The position numbers were made by a program, and so were the translations under genes. 64,000 bases of DNA from Squalus acanthias (taxonomy: Eukaryota), in NCBI GenBank assembly GCA_030390025.1, contig CM059433.1, positions 8,310,001-8,374,000 of the forward strand. Direction: 5' to 3'. Below the pieces are notes generated by a model. The model searched no databases. It was not told the DNA's origin and saw nothing but the letters and a program-made list of their open reading frames with translations. Shown here piece after piece: positions 24,188 through 35,900 of this stretch (position 1 is its first letter; each line of letters opens with the position of its first letter).

Positions 24188-24950
24188 TTGGCCCGTATTT
24201 TCCGATCCCTACGGGTGGGTACGAGCTGTGTGCACACCCGTAGGGACATCGGAAATGCCGGTTTCAGGCGTGCGAAGCGCATGCGCTGAAAACCGGCATT
24301 TCCGATCTGTCAAGAATGCTCTTGACAGATCGGATGCCTGTCCTGGAGGAGGGCCTCTGCGGGGGGGAGAGTTCCGCTTTCTACAGAACCTCCGCCCACT
24401 GAAAACCCTTAAAAATCTTACGCCTAGTAAAAGCGTAAGGCCTGCTTTTACCAGCATAAGAGTTTTAAAAAAGTAACAAAAATAATTCTTTTTCACTCAT
24501 TTATAATTTAAAAAAACTTTTAAAAACGGTAAGTTTATTTTTAGCCCCGTAAAAAACTTTAATTACTTTTTTCAAAAAATTTAATTTTTGTTTAAAATAT
24601 TTAATTTAATGTAATTTTAACTCATTTTAAAAAGGTGATTTTTAAAAAGAATTTATTGAATGTTTTAGTGTCTTTTTTGGGTGATCCCCATTCATAATTT
24701 TGACAGGTCTATCTATCAAAAGTATGAAGGGGGATCCCCTTCTTTTATTGGCTGGCCTGGCCCACGTGATCCCAAGGACGCTTGCGAACCGCCTGCGCCC
24801 CGGGATACGTGGGCCCTGCGCATTTCGACTGTGGAGAGGCCCAGGAGCGGAAGTGTCCGGATCTCGGGAGCACCTCAGGTAAGGGCGTAGATTTTTTTCC
24901 GATAGGAGGCCTCCGCACGCAGGAAGATCCGATCGGAAATTACGGGCCAA
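24188..24950 (+). mobile_element. MITE family A, copy 1 (non-autonomous TIR element, possibly PIF/Harbinger-like)
   Basis: 20-bp TIR ttggcccgtattttccgatc / gatcggaaattacgggccaa (19/20); GC-rich palindromic arms with AT-rich core; second copy at 59556-60318; TSD not resolved. Confidence 0.75.
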
Positions 24951-25518
24951 CTGCATTGTGGCATATGCAGGAGTGCTCCACCTCTGGGAAAGAGAGCGGG
25001 TCGCGTCTAACCACCTTGCATCCCTGGTTATTATACCCACAGTCCCAAAAATGGCAGCTTCTAATGTATTAGTATGCCAGCGAATCGTCAATTTCTTAAA
25101 TGCCATGCTGTCCAGAGGACCCACAGCCATTATTGTTAAATACTGTAGGGAGTTGTGTCTCTCTTCTACTTAGTGCTCCCTCTTGCCTTCATCACTGTGC
25201 AAGACTCTGAACTCAGTGGGGATTCCCGTTTCCACAAGAGACCTCACACAGTCACCCTACATTTTTCAACTTTATCTTTATACTATTAAGTAGGTTTCTT
25301 CCTGAGTAAATTTAAGGAATTTATTTTACTTCTAATAAAATAAGTCCGTCGTTGGATTTTAATGACGGTTGCTAAAAATAAATGTTCTTTAATTTTACAC
25401 GTAGAGAAAAATGCATCTCCACGAAGTAGAAATCGGTCCTCGTTAAGCCCATTCTCCGGGCAGAAACTTCGGGGGAGCGAAGTCTCACACCCGATCTGCC
25501 CCTGTGTTAGGGGCGGCT

Positions 25519-25921
25519 CATAGAGTCATAGAGTCACAGAGTTATACAGCACAGAAAGAGGCCCTTCGGCCCATCGTGTCCGCGCCGGCCATCAAGCTCT
25601 GTCTCTTCTAATCCCATTTCCCAGCACTTGGTCCGTAGCCTTGTATGCTATGGCGTTTCAAGTGCTCATCTAAATGCTTCTTGAATGTTGTGAGGGTTCC
25701 TGCCTCTACCACCCTTTCAGGCAGTGAGTTCCAGATTCCAACCACCCTCTGGGTGAAAAAGTTTTTCCTCAAATCCCCTCTAAACCTCCTTACCTTGAAA
25801 CTATGCCCCCTGGTTATTGACCCCTCTACTAAGTGGAAAAGTTCCTTTCTATCTACCCTATCTATGCCCCTCATAATTTTGTACACCTCAATCAGGTCCC
25901 CCCCTCAGCCTTCTCTGCTCC
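25519..25921 (-). mobile_element. CR1 LINE 3' fragment
   Basis: YKIMRGIDRVD...RKNFFTQRVVGIWNSLP; 8-bp (GACTCTAT)n tail; near-identical to the 3' part of 44428-45584. Confidence 0.9.
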
Positions 25922-26005
25922 ATTTTGGTAATGCCGGCTTTGTAGATTCCCCCCTGGGTGGCCACTTAAAACAGGCTCTGAGCCACTTCTACACCTAAAT
26001 GAAGG

Positions 26006-26044
26006 GGCCCAACACCTGGCCCAACACCTGGCCCAACACCTGGC
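26006..26044. repeat. 12-bp tandem repeat (GGCCCAACACCT)x3 within a GC-rich, probably TE-derived segment (~25930-26510)
   Basis: Directly visible. Confidence 0.7.
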
Positions 26045-26829
26045 TTGGGCCCCCTTGGCCAAAACTGGTTGGCGATCAGTGGGAGCAGGTGGCGGGCCTG
26101 CTCCACCATGGATTCGTTCGCAGTCCCCTGCAACCAGCAACGAAAATGTAAGTGCCTTTTTTGAAAAATATGAATTACTAACCGTTGCCGTGGAAGCAGG
26201 AGGAGACAAGAGCGTTCCTTCGACTCCACGGCACTTGCGGCGGCCCCACCCCGCCCGTTTCTGCTCCATCCCCGGCTCGCGGGACTTACCTTTGGGCGGC
26301 TGACAGCGAGGCAATCGTCCCGATATTCAATTCTTCAAATGGGTGAGCTGCCTGCGAAGGTGCGACAGGCGACGCTCGCTCCCATTAAATGATTGAAACG
26401 AGGCCCGCGGCCCAATTCTGGGCCAGCCTCGGACCTAGCAGTTGGGGCGCCTGCCGCGAGCACAGTGCCAATTGTGGGCCTGAAAACACAGCCCAGACAA
26501 ATTTCCACCTCTGTGTCCCAACGTCCCAATAAAAACCTGGGAGATGACTGCCTGGTACCCATGGCCACTTCACAGTGTGCTGACTTGAAATTCATTCTGG
26601 CATGAACACTGCCCCTGAGGTGATAGTCCTTTATGCTGAGATGATTCTGGAGCACAGAATTTTGTGCACTTGGCACAAAAGGACATTAAATCAGATTTAT
26701 TAGTTCCAGCGGGAACTAAGCAGCAGAATCTCAGAAAAGTTAGACGTGGCTATTCATGATTCTCCCCAATTTGAAACGGGGGTCCATTGGAAAGCGGGCT
26801 CGATAAAAGCTATCATACGAGTACACAAA

Positions 26830-27108
26830 GCCCCGGTTTTAACTCCTGGTGGATTCCCCGCGCGGGCCTGAGTTAAAATTGCAGTTGGGTCTCAGTGATG
26901 TCATCGGGTCGCAGCGTGCCTACGTAAAAGAAGGACCCCCGTTGGCTCCGGGCGCCTGTTCTCGCTGCCTGGCTCAGGAGAGCAGGTTAAAATTGCAGAT
27001 GTTGCGACCACGGTGGCTTTCAGACCGGTCGGTGAGAGCCAGGGGCGATTTTTTTAACTGGCCCACCCGCCAGGTTTCAGCAGAGTGAGCAGGGTTAAAA
27101 ATCGCCCA
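26830..27108. mobile_element. Short GC-rich MITE-like element
   Basis: Inverted terminal motifs ttttaac... / ...gttaaaa and internal repeats of gttaaaattgcag; similar motifs at 36810-36960 and 43056-43330. Confidence 0.4.
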
Positions 27109-28383
27109 AAGTTACAGCATTTCATACAGTCTCTATTTAGTGAGGTTTAAGGAGTTAAACCATTGGGGGAAGAAAAAAAAAACCTCGTTGCTAATTAGGT
27201 TAAATCTGAGCTATCGCAGTGTAACAAAGAAGAAAAGCAACAGCAGCAATTTAATAATTAGAAACACTCTATGTATTTGCGCTCGATGTCGCTGCTTGTT
27301 ATTTTATAGCGCAGTGCTGTTTTACTGTATTATAAAACACCACCAAGTGAGTTCAAGGCAGGTACAAATTGGTTTATTAGCCCCTGAATTGCTGCTGTTG
27401 CTTTTTTTTTTCGTTTTCCTCAAAGTCATTTGTATTTATTTGAGCAAATTCTTTTCACGAATCATTGCTTTTCCAAATCAGCAGTTCGCCAGTTGATTGA
27501 TTGAGAATTTATTGAATTGGAAAATAAAGCTTGTCTGGAAAATAGGTTTGCGTGTAAAATAATAAATAATTAAACGGCAAAACAGGAATTCAGGAGTTTA
27601 TAAATGTAGTCTGCGGAAATACGAGTTCATCAATTCAGTTGAGGAACTGCTACATCGGTTACTTCAGAAATATATTCTGCCACATAAAGTGTCATTCTCC
27701 AGACCCTTAAATTAAATTCGGCTCTGTCCCTGGCTGTATAACAGCACGCAAAATGTTTTATTGCTAGATTTCCAAATCCAGCCCAGTGGCAGTGCGATTG
27801 TTTTAAAAACATTTCCTCCATTTTGTTGGGAAGAACGGACTGAAAAAAAGTGATATTAATCGCACATCTTTTCTCAGTTGCTCTCCCCCACCCGCTCACC
27901 CCCCCAAAAGCCGTCACTGTAAGGTTAACAAGAGTATCAGCCGTTTCTTGATTTGGTACATGTTTACTCAGATGGCATGAACATACTTTAAAGCTACGAG
28001 TGACTTCACTCAGCTTCCCCCGGTGTACTTTTTTTTGACAAAGCCAACGGAGCGAAGACTCCTGCGAAGCCTCGACATGCGGGCTGCGGGGTGGCCTGAC
28101 AGTCAAATGGTTCCATCTGGGGCTTTAGTCACAGTGGTGAGTATTAGTCAGGCTCTTATCCATTCTAATGCTGTTTGCTTAACTTGCCTCATTCAGGCTC
28201 AGTTTAGCCGTACTGCTGTCAAGTTCAGGTGGGATCCATTTAACTTGAATGCTACGGATATGCAGAGGGCTTATCACCCACCATTTTATTCATTTAAAAG
28301 CTTGCAATAATGTTCCAACAGCTCCAGTTGTTGAATGTTAATGACCAGGACATATGAGGCCAGAAAATAAGAAACAAACATAT

Positions 28384-29150
28384 TGGCCCAGAAATTAAAC
28401 ATCGATGGTTCCCGCGGGGGTAAGGATTCCCCGCGATATCGCACTCCACGCCTACCTTTTTGTTTCGGGCCCACACGAACTTCAGTTTCAGGGCCTCTCC
28501 CTGTTGCCAGCGTGCAGTGCTTGCATGTCCCAGAGGCGCAATTAGTTTGTGCGAGCTCTGGGATCACGTGATTCAGTTAGAGCCAATGGCAGCACACCAT
28601 CTTTCATTCATAGTTTTGACAGCAAGGGCTGTCAAAGCTATGAATACTACAAACCCCCAAAAGAACAGCTAAACCTCAATTAAATTTTTTTTAAAAGCCA
28701 TCACATTAATAAAATAACTATAGTTAAATAAATTAACCACTTTAAACAAAAAATTAAATTTTTGAAAAAATTTAAAATCTTTTTAAAAGTTATAAAAATA
28801 AACTTACCTTTCTTTAAAGTCTCTAAAAAAGATAAACCTGTTGAAAAAAATTTAAAATAACACTTAATTAACTACTTACCTTGTTAAAAGGGGGTCCTAC
28901 GCCTGCTTTCTTTATGTGTAAAATCTTCACCACTTACCTGCGCGTTCAAACCTGAAAAAAAAACTAAGTGCACTGCGTGCGCACAACCTGTAGTGCGCAC
29001 GTGGTTCACTTAGGAACCGCCCCCCTCGCAATACCCAAAGTGCCGGTTTCCCGCGCATGCGCAGTGCATGCAGGAAACCGGCAATTCGGGACCTAATACG
29101 TGAGAGTACACAGTGCGTACTCTCGCGTATTAGGTCTAATTTTCGGGCCC
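28384..29150 (-). mobile_element. MITE family B, copy 1 (related to family A)
   Basis: TIR tggcccagaaatt / aattttcgggccc; reverse complement of 39305-40069; same hairpin layout as family A. Confidence 0.75.
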
Positions 29151-29611
29151 TTATGTTATACCAGATTTTTACACCAAGATGTGGTCCAAAGAGAGAACAC
29201 AGGTTTGTGATATGTGACAATACCAGTGTTTAAAACACCAGTTAAAGATTATTTAGAATGTACAAACTGTATCACTGCGCCTTTCACCACTACTATACTT
29301 GCAGGGTGCCCCATAATCAGCGGTGTCATTACATTTTAAACCTTAGGCTGCCCAGAATAACCCTTTAATAATTAACCAGTGTGACTGCAACTGAGTGTAA
29401 GCAATAAAGCCCAACTATGCCTTGTGGTGGTGCATGGGTGGGTTGCCGACAGAAGTGAAGTGGGAACAGGCACCTATGGCTTTAACCTCCAATAAAGGTG
29501 GGTGATGATGAGTTTCAGCGGCATTCCTCCTAGTCACTTATGGAAATATTTACAATAGTAGAAACCTCAGAATCCCTTTTTCATAATTGGTTACTGACCA
29601 ACAGAAGCCTT

Positions 29612-30568
29612 ACATAAGAACATAAGAAATAGGAGCAGGAGTCGGCCATACGGCCCCTTGAGCCTGCTCCACCATTCAATAAGATCATGGCTGGTCATCG
29701 ACCTCAACTCCACATCCTCGCCCGATCTCCATATCCCTTGATTCTCCTAGAGTCCAAAAATCTATTGATCTCAGCCTTGAATATACTCAAAGACTCAGCA
29801 TCCACAGCCCTCTGGGGCAGAGAATTCCAAAGATTCACCACCCTCTGAGTGAAGAAATTCCTCCTCATCTCGGTCTTAAATGGCCTACCCCTTATCCTGA
29901 GACAATGCCTCCTAGTTCTAGACACACCAGCCAGGGGAAACAACCTCTCAGCATCTACCCTGTCAATCCCCTTCAGAATCTTGTATGTTTCAATGAGATC
30001 ACCTCTCATTCTTCTAAACTCCAGAGAGTACAGGCCCATTCTACACAATCTCTCATCATAGGACAACCCTCTCATCCCAGGAATCAATCTAGTGAACCTT
30101 CGTTGCACCACCTCCAAGGCAAGTATATCCTTCCTTAGATAAGGAGACCAAAACTGTGCACAGTACTCCAGGTGTGGTCTCACCAGGACCCTGTACAATT
30201 GTAGCAAGACTTCCTTACTCTTATACTCCAAACCCCTTGCAATAAAGGCCAACATGCCATTTGCCTTCCTTATTGCTTGCTGTACCTGCATGCTAGCTTT
30301 CTGTGTTTCTTGCACGAGGACACCCAAATCTCTCTCAACACCAACATTTGAAAGTTTCTCACCATTTAAAAAATATTCTGCTTTTCTATTCTTCCTACCA
30401 AAGTGAATAACCTCACATTTTCCTACATTATACTCCACCTGCCACCTTACTGCCCACTCACTCAGTCTATCTATATCCCTTTGCAGACTCTTTGTGTTCT
30501 CCTCATAGCTTCCTGTCCCACCTAGCTTTGTATCATCAGTAAACTTGGATACATTACACTCGGTCCTT
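29612..30568 (-). mobile_element. CR1 LINE 3' fragment (RT C-terminal half)
   Basis: SKFTDDTKLGG, LVRPHLEYCAQFWSPY, RRNFFTQRVVNLWNSLP; (TTCTTATG)n tail. Confidence 0.92.
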
Positions 30569-31880
30569 GGACATAGATCATTCTGCCACCTTCCCAATTA
30601 GATCAGAAAGTCCGAAGGTAAGCACCTCTGAGTGGTCTTCTCAAGTCTCACACTCCTAGGTCCTAGGTCCTAGGTCTCTGACAATGCCGCTCTTCAGCTG
30701 GCCACTTGGAGGTTTCCACGAGTGGCCTGACGATAACTTTCCGATTGATGTTCCTGTCCTTCCTGCGGGGAGGCACCAGGCCACTATCCGACACAGCTGA
30801 GACTGCAAACTCAGCCAACCGGGAGATCAATCCAGCATCTCGCCGTTCTGCGGTGGCCCGTATCTTGACAGACATTTTCGCTTTTTTTTTCCTCCACATT
30901 TTCCAACGGACACCCAAATGTCGTTAGCCCAGAAGGATATGGAGTCGGTTTGATTGTTTCCAAAATGTTTAAAATCCTTTTGCATTTCCTTATGTCTTTT
31001 CAGCCACATGCCTTGCTATCACACTGATCATTGGGGTATCCTCTTTCTCAAAATGTGCTGCTGATGTGGCTCCTTGCTGCTGTTTTACTTGTTGTCTCTC
31101 TGTGTTTCACCATCTTAGCTTATTTTCTGGTGTCCTCTTTCCTCTCTGACTTTTGCTGTTTGTCTTCCCTTTATCTTAATTTGCTCTTTTTCTCTTGCCT
31201 CACCCTGCCTCCCACTCCTATTTCGTTCCTCTATCCTTCTCTGCTCTCTATTCCAAGTTCTTGAGTGGCACCTTTATTGTTCTGACCCCAAGATAATGTG
31301 CAGCCCATGTTCCGCCAAAAATGAATCGAAAAGATATTCAGTAATTTTGGGGGAACTTTTACAAAAGTAATGCAATTATTCCAGCAGTCCATTGGCGTCC
31401 TGGAAAGCGTGTAGAAACAAGCATCCGTACCTATCTACCGACTGGGGTCCCATTGAAAAGTATACAGCCCCGTGTGGGTAGCTAATGTCTGATGTCGTAA
31501 AGGCGCTTTTACACCATTTCAGTGTGTTATCTATTGCTCCCATGTGAACCTGCACAGCCGGCAGGAAGTCCAGTTACCGGCCAGTGGTAGTGAGACTCCG
31601 CTTTTACTGGGTCTCCTGTTATCACCGCTCCCCGCACAGGCCCTTACGAGCCCTCTGAGCATTCTTACTTTTTGGGGATGTGAAGTTGTGCTGCGATGTG
31701 ATCATGCATGATATACTGGGCCAGCTTAATGTCAATTCACTGACACGTGCTGCAACCTAAAGTTTCGATGCCGAACTGTGCCCGCTGGCTCAGAACATGG
31801 AGACCTTCCAAGGACTTCCATGCAACCGCACAAGGCCTCCGTTTTCTGAATCGGTCGCCAATGACAGGAGAACGAAAAGC

Positions 31881-32356
31881 AAAGAAAAGATTTGCATTTA
31901 TATAGCGCCTTTCACGACCACCGGACGTCTCAAATCGCTTTACAGCCAATGAAGTACTTTTGAAGTGGAGTCACTGTAGGAATGTGGGATACGTGGCAGA
32001 CAATCTGCAAACAGCAAGCTCCCACAAACAGCAATGTGATAATGACCCAGATAATCTGTTTTTGTTATGTTGGTTGAGGGATAAATATTGGCCCAGGACA
32101 CCGGGGATAACTCCCCTGCTCTTCTTCGAAATAGTGCCATGGGGATCTTTTACGTCCACCTGAGAGAGCAGACGGGGCCTCGGTTTAACGTCTCATCTGA
32201 AAGACGGCACCTCTGACAGTGCAGCGCTCCCTCAGCACTGCACTGGGAGAGTGTCAGTCTAGCTTTATAGTGCTTCAAGTCTCTGGAGTGGGGACTGTGA
32301 ACCCACAACCTTCTGACTCTAGAGGCGAGTGTGCTACCCACTGAGCCACTGGCTGA
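31881..32356 (-). mobile_element. DeuSINE (SacSINE1-like), full length
   Basis: Reverse complement of 555-1030. Confidence 0.8.
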
Positions 32357-32559
32357 ACAGAGACGCAGGACAGCAACTAAATGTGGGAGAACGACATGCT
32401 CGCAAAATGTGGCGCAAAAGTAAGTGGACTATAGGTTTCCTGCCCTTTACTGTTTCGCTATTCCTAGTGCGATAACTAATCATTATTTTGTACTTCATCT
32501 AATTTAGCCTAACACTTCCTGAGAGAAGACTCTAGTTTACTGCAAACTGTAACTTATTT

Positions 32560-32715
32560 ATGCATTTAAGGGGAGGCTGGACAAGCAGATGAGGGAGAAG
32601 GAATAGAGGGTTACGCAGATAGATTTAGATGAGGAAAGACGGGAGGAGGCTCGAGTGGAGCATAAACGCCGGCATGGACTGGTTGGGCCGAATGGCCTGT
32701 TTCTGTGCCGTATAT
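32560..32715 (+). mobile_element. CR1-type 3' end fragment
   Basis: catttaaggggaggctggacaagc...gggccgaatggcctgtttctgtgc, the typical CR1 3' UTR hairpin region. Confidence 0.6.
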
Positions 32716-33527
32716 CCGACGTAATCCTATCTTATTTGTTTGTCAGATTGAATGTAGTTGCAAACCTTTGCATTTCATGAGTGCGTTGAGTGGCGCAGTG
32801 CATGGACCGACGGGGAGGCAGAGGGGTATAGTGTGCAGTACGTACGGCTGGGGGCTGCAGTTTCCAGCTTCCGTACCACGGAGGTGCTGATCTCAGCTGC
32901 ACTGCCACGGGAAGGCACCCGGCGGCAACCAATCTCTCCCCACAGGGCAGAGACATAACCAACGCCCGCTCCGCCAGTCACTTGGTTGGCATGCCCGCAA
33001 GCAGCTGGGCCGAAGGGAGGTTCATCAGGCAAGGGCCTGGCAGCAAGATCCTCTTGGTGGCAGGTGCCCGCGCTGCTCTCTCTCTCCGGGGCCTTTGAAG
33101 GTGGTTGTTTGAGGGCGACGCTGTCATTTCCGAGCATCCAGGCACCTTGTACCCGTCCTGCACTGGGTTTATGCCAATGACTCCTCCAATGGACATGCCA
33201 ATGTGCTGACCTGTGAGATTCTGGCGCAGAAAGCTTTGCAGACCATCGGTGGGCGCAGCGCAGCTCACGCTGGCATGACCCCGCGGCGTGACTCACCACG
33301 TAGATATTCGGGGCCGGAGTATTTAGAATTTTACACAAGCAAATGTGCAGCAAGAACCCTTTCATCAGAAGAAAGTTATAAATAATCCTGAATGAAATGG
33401 CACCACGATTGTAGATTCCACTGGTACTTTTGTATGAGAAATGTAATCTTACAGGTAAGTGCTGCACAAATGGGGGAGCACACGAAACAGATGGAGTTCA
33501 GTAAAGATTTTAATTAACGTAACATAA

Positions 33528-33595
33528 GGGCAATTAGGGATGGGAAATAAATGCTGGCCTTGCCAGCGATGCCCACATCCCATATACGAATAAAA
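33528..33595 (+). mobile_element. Isolated CR1-Zenon-like/SINE 3' tail
   Basis: gggcaattagggatgggaaataaatgctggccttgccagcgatgcccacatccc matches the 3' ends at 37435-37495 and 47100-47155. Confidence 0.65.
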
Positions 33596-33763
33596 CAAAA
33601 AAATCTAGTAAAAAACTTCAAACCTAGCTTCTGGGGAACACAAACTCACTATAATATCCAACAGTATTGCTGTAAAATGCACTGGTGTTAAGGTGTATCT
33701 ATGAGATACATGTACCGGAGAACCCCACCACTTTCAGAAAGTTTAGCATTTCTATCAACTCAT

Positions 33764-34550
33764 TGGTCAGATTTTGCTATAGCGAGGCATCTAACAGTGT
33801 CAGCGTTATTTAGACTTGCCCTTGTACGATTAGGTTTTTACATTTTTTGTGTGGCAAGTTGCTGAAAGTGTGAACTGATAATGTCGCAGCCGCAGAAACA
33901 GGGCGTCTGGGACCCGAGTGAGCAGGACAAGCAACTGTGTATCTCCTTAAACCAATCAGATTAAAGGGTCGTGAAATTAACAGCGCAAGGACTGAGAAGG
34001 AAGTGTAAATTAGAGTGGGTGAATTCAATGTCAAATCAGGTACAGAAAGAGAAATAAAGAGAGGGAAAGAAAGATTGGATTAAGAGAGAGAGAAAAAAGA
34101 GACAGCAAGGAAAAGTAAAAAATTTTTATATTTTAAATTTAACATTTTTAAAATATCCAACAACAATTAAAACCTGAAAGAGTGAGTCTCCACACTTGCA
34201 ATAGTTAATTTTCAGGGCCAGAGAGGTTGACTGGCAGTAATTAACACTTATCACATCGTTAAAAGGGTACTTAGACTGAAATGGACAAGGCTTAACTTTC
34301 TGTGATGAGTTTAGTTCCTGTCCACCGCGCAAATACAGCAATTTCATGACAGTCAGTGCGTTTCACTGGTGAGCCAGGCAGCGAGGTGCCGTTCCCGCGA
34401 AGCTAACGGCGGGGCTGCGCAACTCGGACAGCAACTTTTGGATATTTCCGTTTAATCGCACATCTGCTCCTCGCCTGAATTTGCTGCGGCATTTGCGCAT
34501 AAATAACGGCCATTAGCATCACCGTTACTTTGACAGGAAAATCTGGGCCA
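33764..34550. mobile_element. MITE-like element (~790 bp)
   Basis: Imperfect TIR tggtcagatttt / aaaatctgggcca resembling family A/B termini; GC-rich arms, AT-rich core, similar size. Confidence 0.5.
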
Positions 34551-34645
34551 ATAGAAAAGCCCCTGTGGTGACATCAAGAATGTTAGAATCTTGAAGAAGA
34601 TGAAAAGCCCATTTGACCCAACAAACCCATCACATCTTGATTTAT

Positions 34646-35300
34646 CTCAACCCCAGCTCCCTGGCTTCTCACCTAGTCCGTTAACCCCAGCTCCCTGGCT
34701 TCTCACCCAGTCCCTCAACCCCAGCTCCCTGGCTTCTCACCCAGTCCCTCAACCCCAGCTCCCTGGCTTCTCACCCAGTCCCTCAACCCCAGCTCCCTGG
34801 CTTCTCACCCAGTCCCTCAATCCCAGCTCCCTGGCTTCTCACCCAGTCCCTCAACCCAGCTCCCTGGCTTCTCACCCAGTCCCTCAACCCCAGCTCCCTG
34901 GCTTCTCACCCAGTCCCTCAACCCCAGCTCCCTGGCTTCTCACCCAGTCCCTCAACCCCAGCTCCCTGGCTTCTCACCCAGTCCCTCAATCCCAGCTCCC
35001 TGGCTTCTCACCCAGTCCCTCAACCCCAGCTCCCTGGCTTCTCACCCAGTCCCTCAACCCCAGCTCCCTGGCTTCTCACCCAGTCCCTCAACCCCAGCTC
35101 CCTGGCTTCTCACCCAGTCCCTCAACCCCAGCTCCCTGGCTTCTCACCCAGTCCCTCAACCCCAGCTCCCTGGCTTCTCACCCAGTCCCTCAACCCCAGC
35201 TCCCTGGCTTCTCACCCAGTCCCTCAACCCCAGCTCCCTGGCTTCTCACCCAGTCCCTCAACCCCAGCTCCCTGGCTTCTCACCCAGTCCCTCAATCCCT
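34646..35300. repeat. 34-bp minisatellite (CCCAGCTCCCTGGCTTCTCACCCAGTCCCTCAAC), ~19 copies
   Basis: Directly visible; period 34 (e.g. 34683 to 34717); very homogeneous. Confidence 0.97.
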
Positions 35301-35479
35301 CTTCTCTCCTGAAACATATCTACTTGCCTCTTATCCTGCTCAATTGATAAACCCAATCCCGAGTAACACCCTTAGTGTAAAGTTCTACCAGATCTTTTTT
35401 TCACTACTGACCTCTACACTTTTAGAACGTGGCACCTGATATGCAAAGATCCTAACAGAGTAAATGATGATTTTACGAT

Positions 35480-35900
35480 AGCAAAATACTGCAGATGCTG
35501 AAAATCAGAAATAACAACAGAAAATGCTGGAAAAACTCAGCAGGCCAAGCAACATCTGTGGAGAGAGAAACAGAGTTAACGTTTCAGGTCGAAGACCTTT
35601 CATCAGAACTGGAAATAGCAGGAAATGAAATAGATTTAAGGCAAGGATAAAGCTGGGAAAAGGGGGAGGGGATGAAAGAACAAAAGGAGAGATTAAGAGA
35701 CATTAAGAGATGATCAAGGCAAGAGGTGGTGTTAATGTGACAGGTTGAGGCTAAAAGAAGTGTGAAATGCACTGGCAGAATGAAGGACAGCTGCCAGCTT
35801 CTAGGAGGGAAAAAAAAGGGGGGGGGGAGGGCAAACAAAAGGGTGGATGAAAAAATAAAATATAAATGTGATAGAGGCCGAGGTTATGATCTAAAATTGT
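35480..35900 (-). mobile_element. Penelope-like element 3' pLTR fragment
   Basis: Same terminal sequence as 40923-41311 and 61795-62255, the latter linked to a GIY-YIG C-terminus; contains a hammerhead core. Confidence 0.7.
35574..35610 (-). ncRNA. Minimal type I hammerhead ribozyme (PLE-associated)
   Basis: Minus strand AGUU-CUGAUGA-AAGGUC-UUC-GACCU-GAAAC-GUU^AACU: intact core, stem I AGUU/AACU, stem II, palindromic ACGU stem III. Confidence 0.7.

Noticed and set aside
30655..30676. (CCTAGGT)x3 micro-repeat
   Set aside because: Too short to interpret; likely slippage
31030..31264. Hydrophobic 77-aa membrane peptide ORF
   Set aside because: Low-complexity pyrimidine-rich DNA; non-ATG start
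34591..35439. 282-aa Pro/Ser-rich ORF
   Set aside because: Translation of the 34-bp minisatellite cycling through three frames
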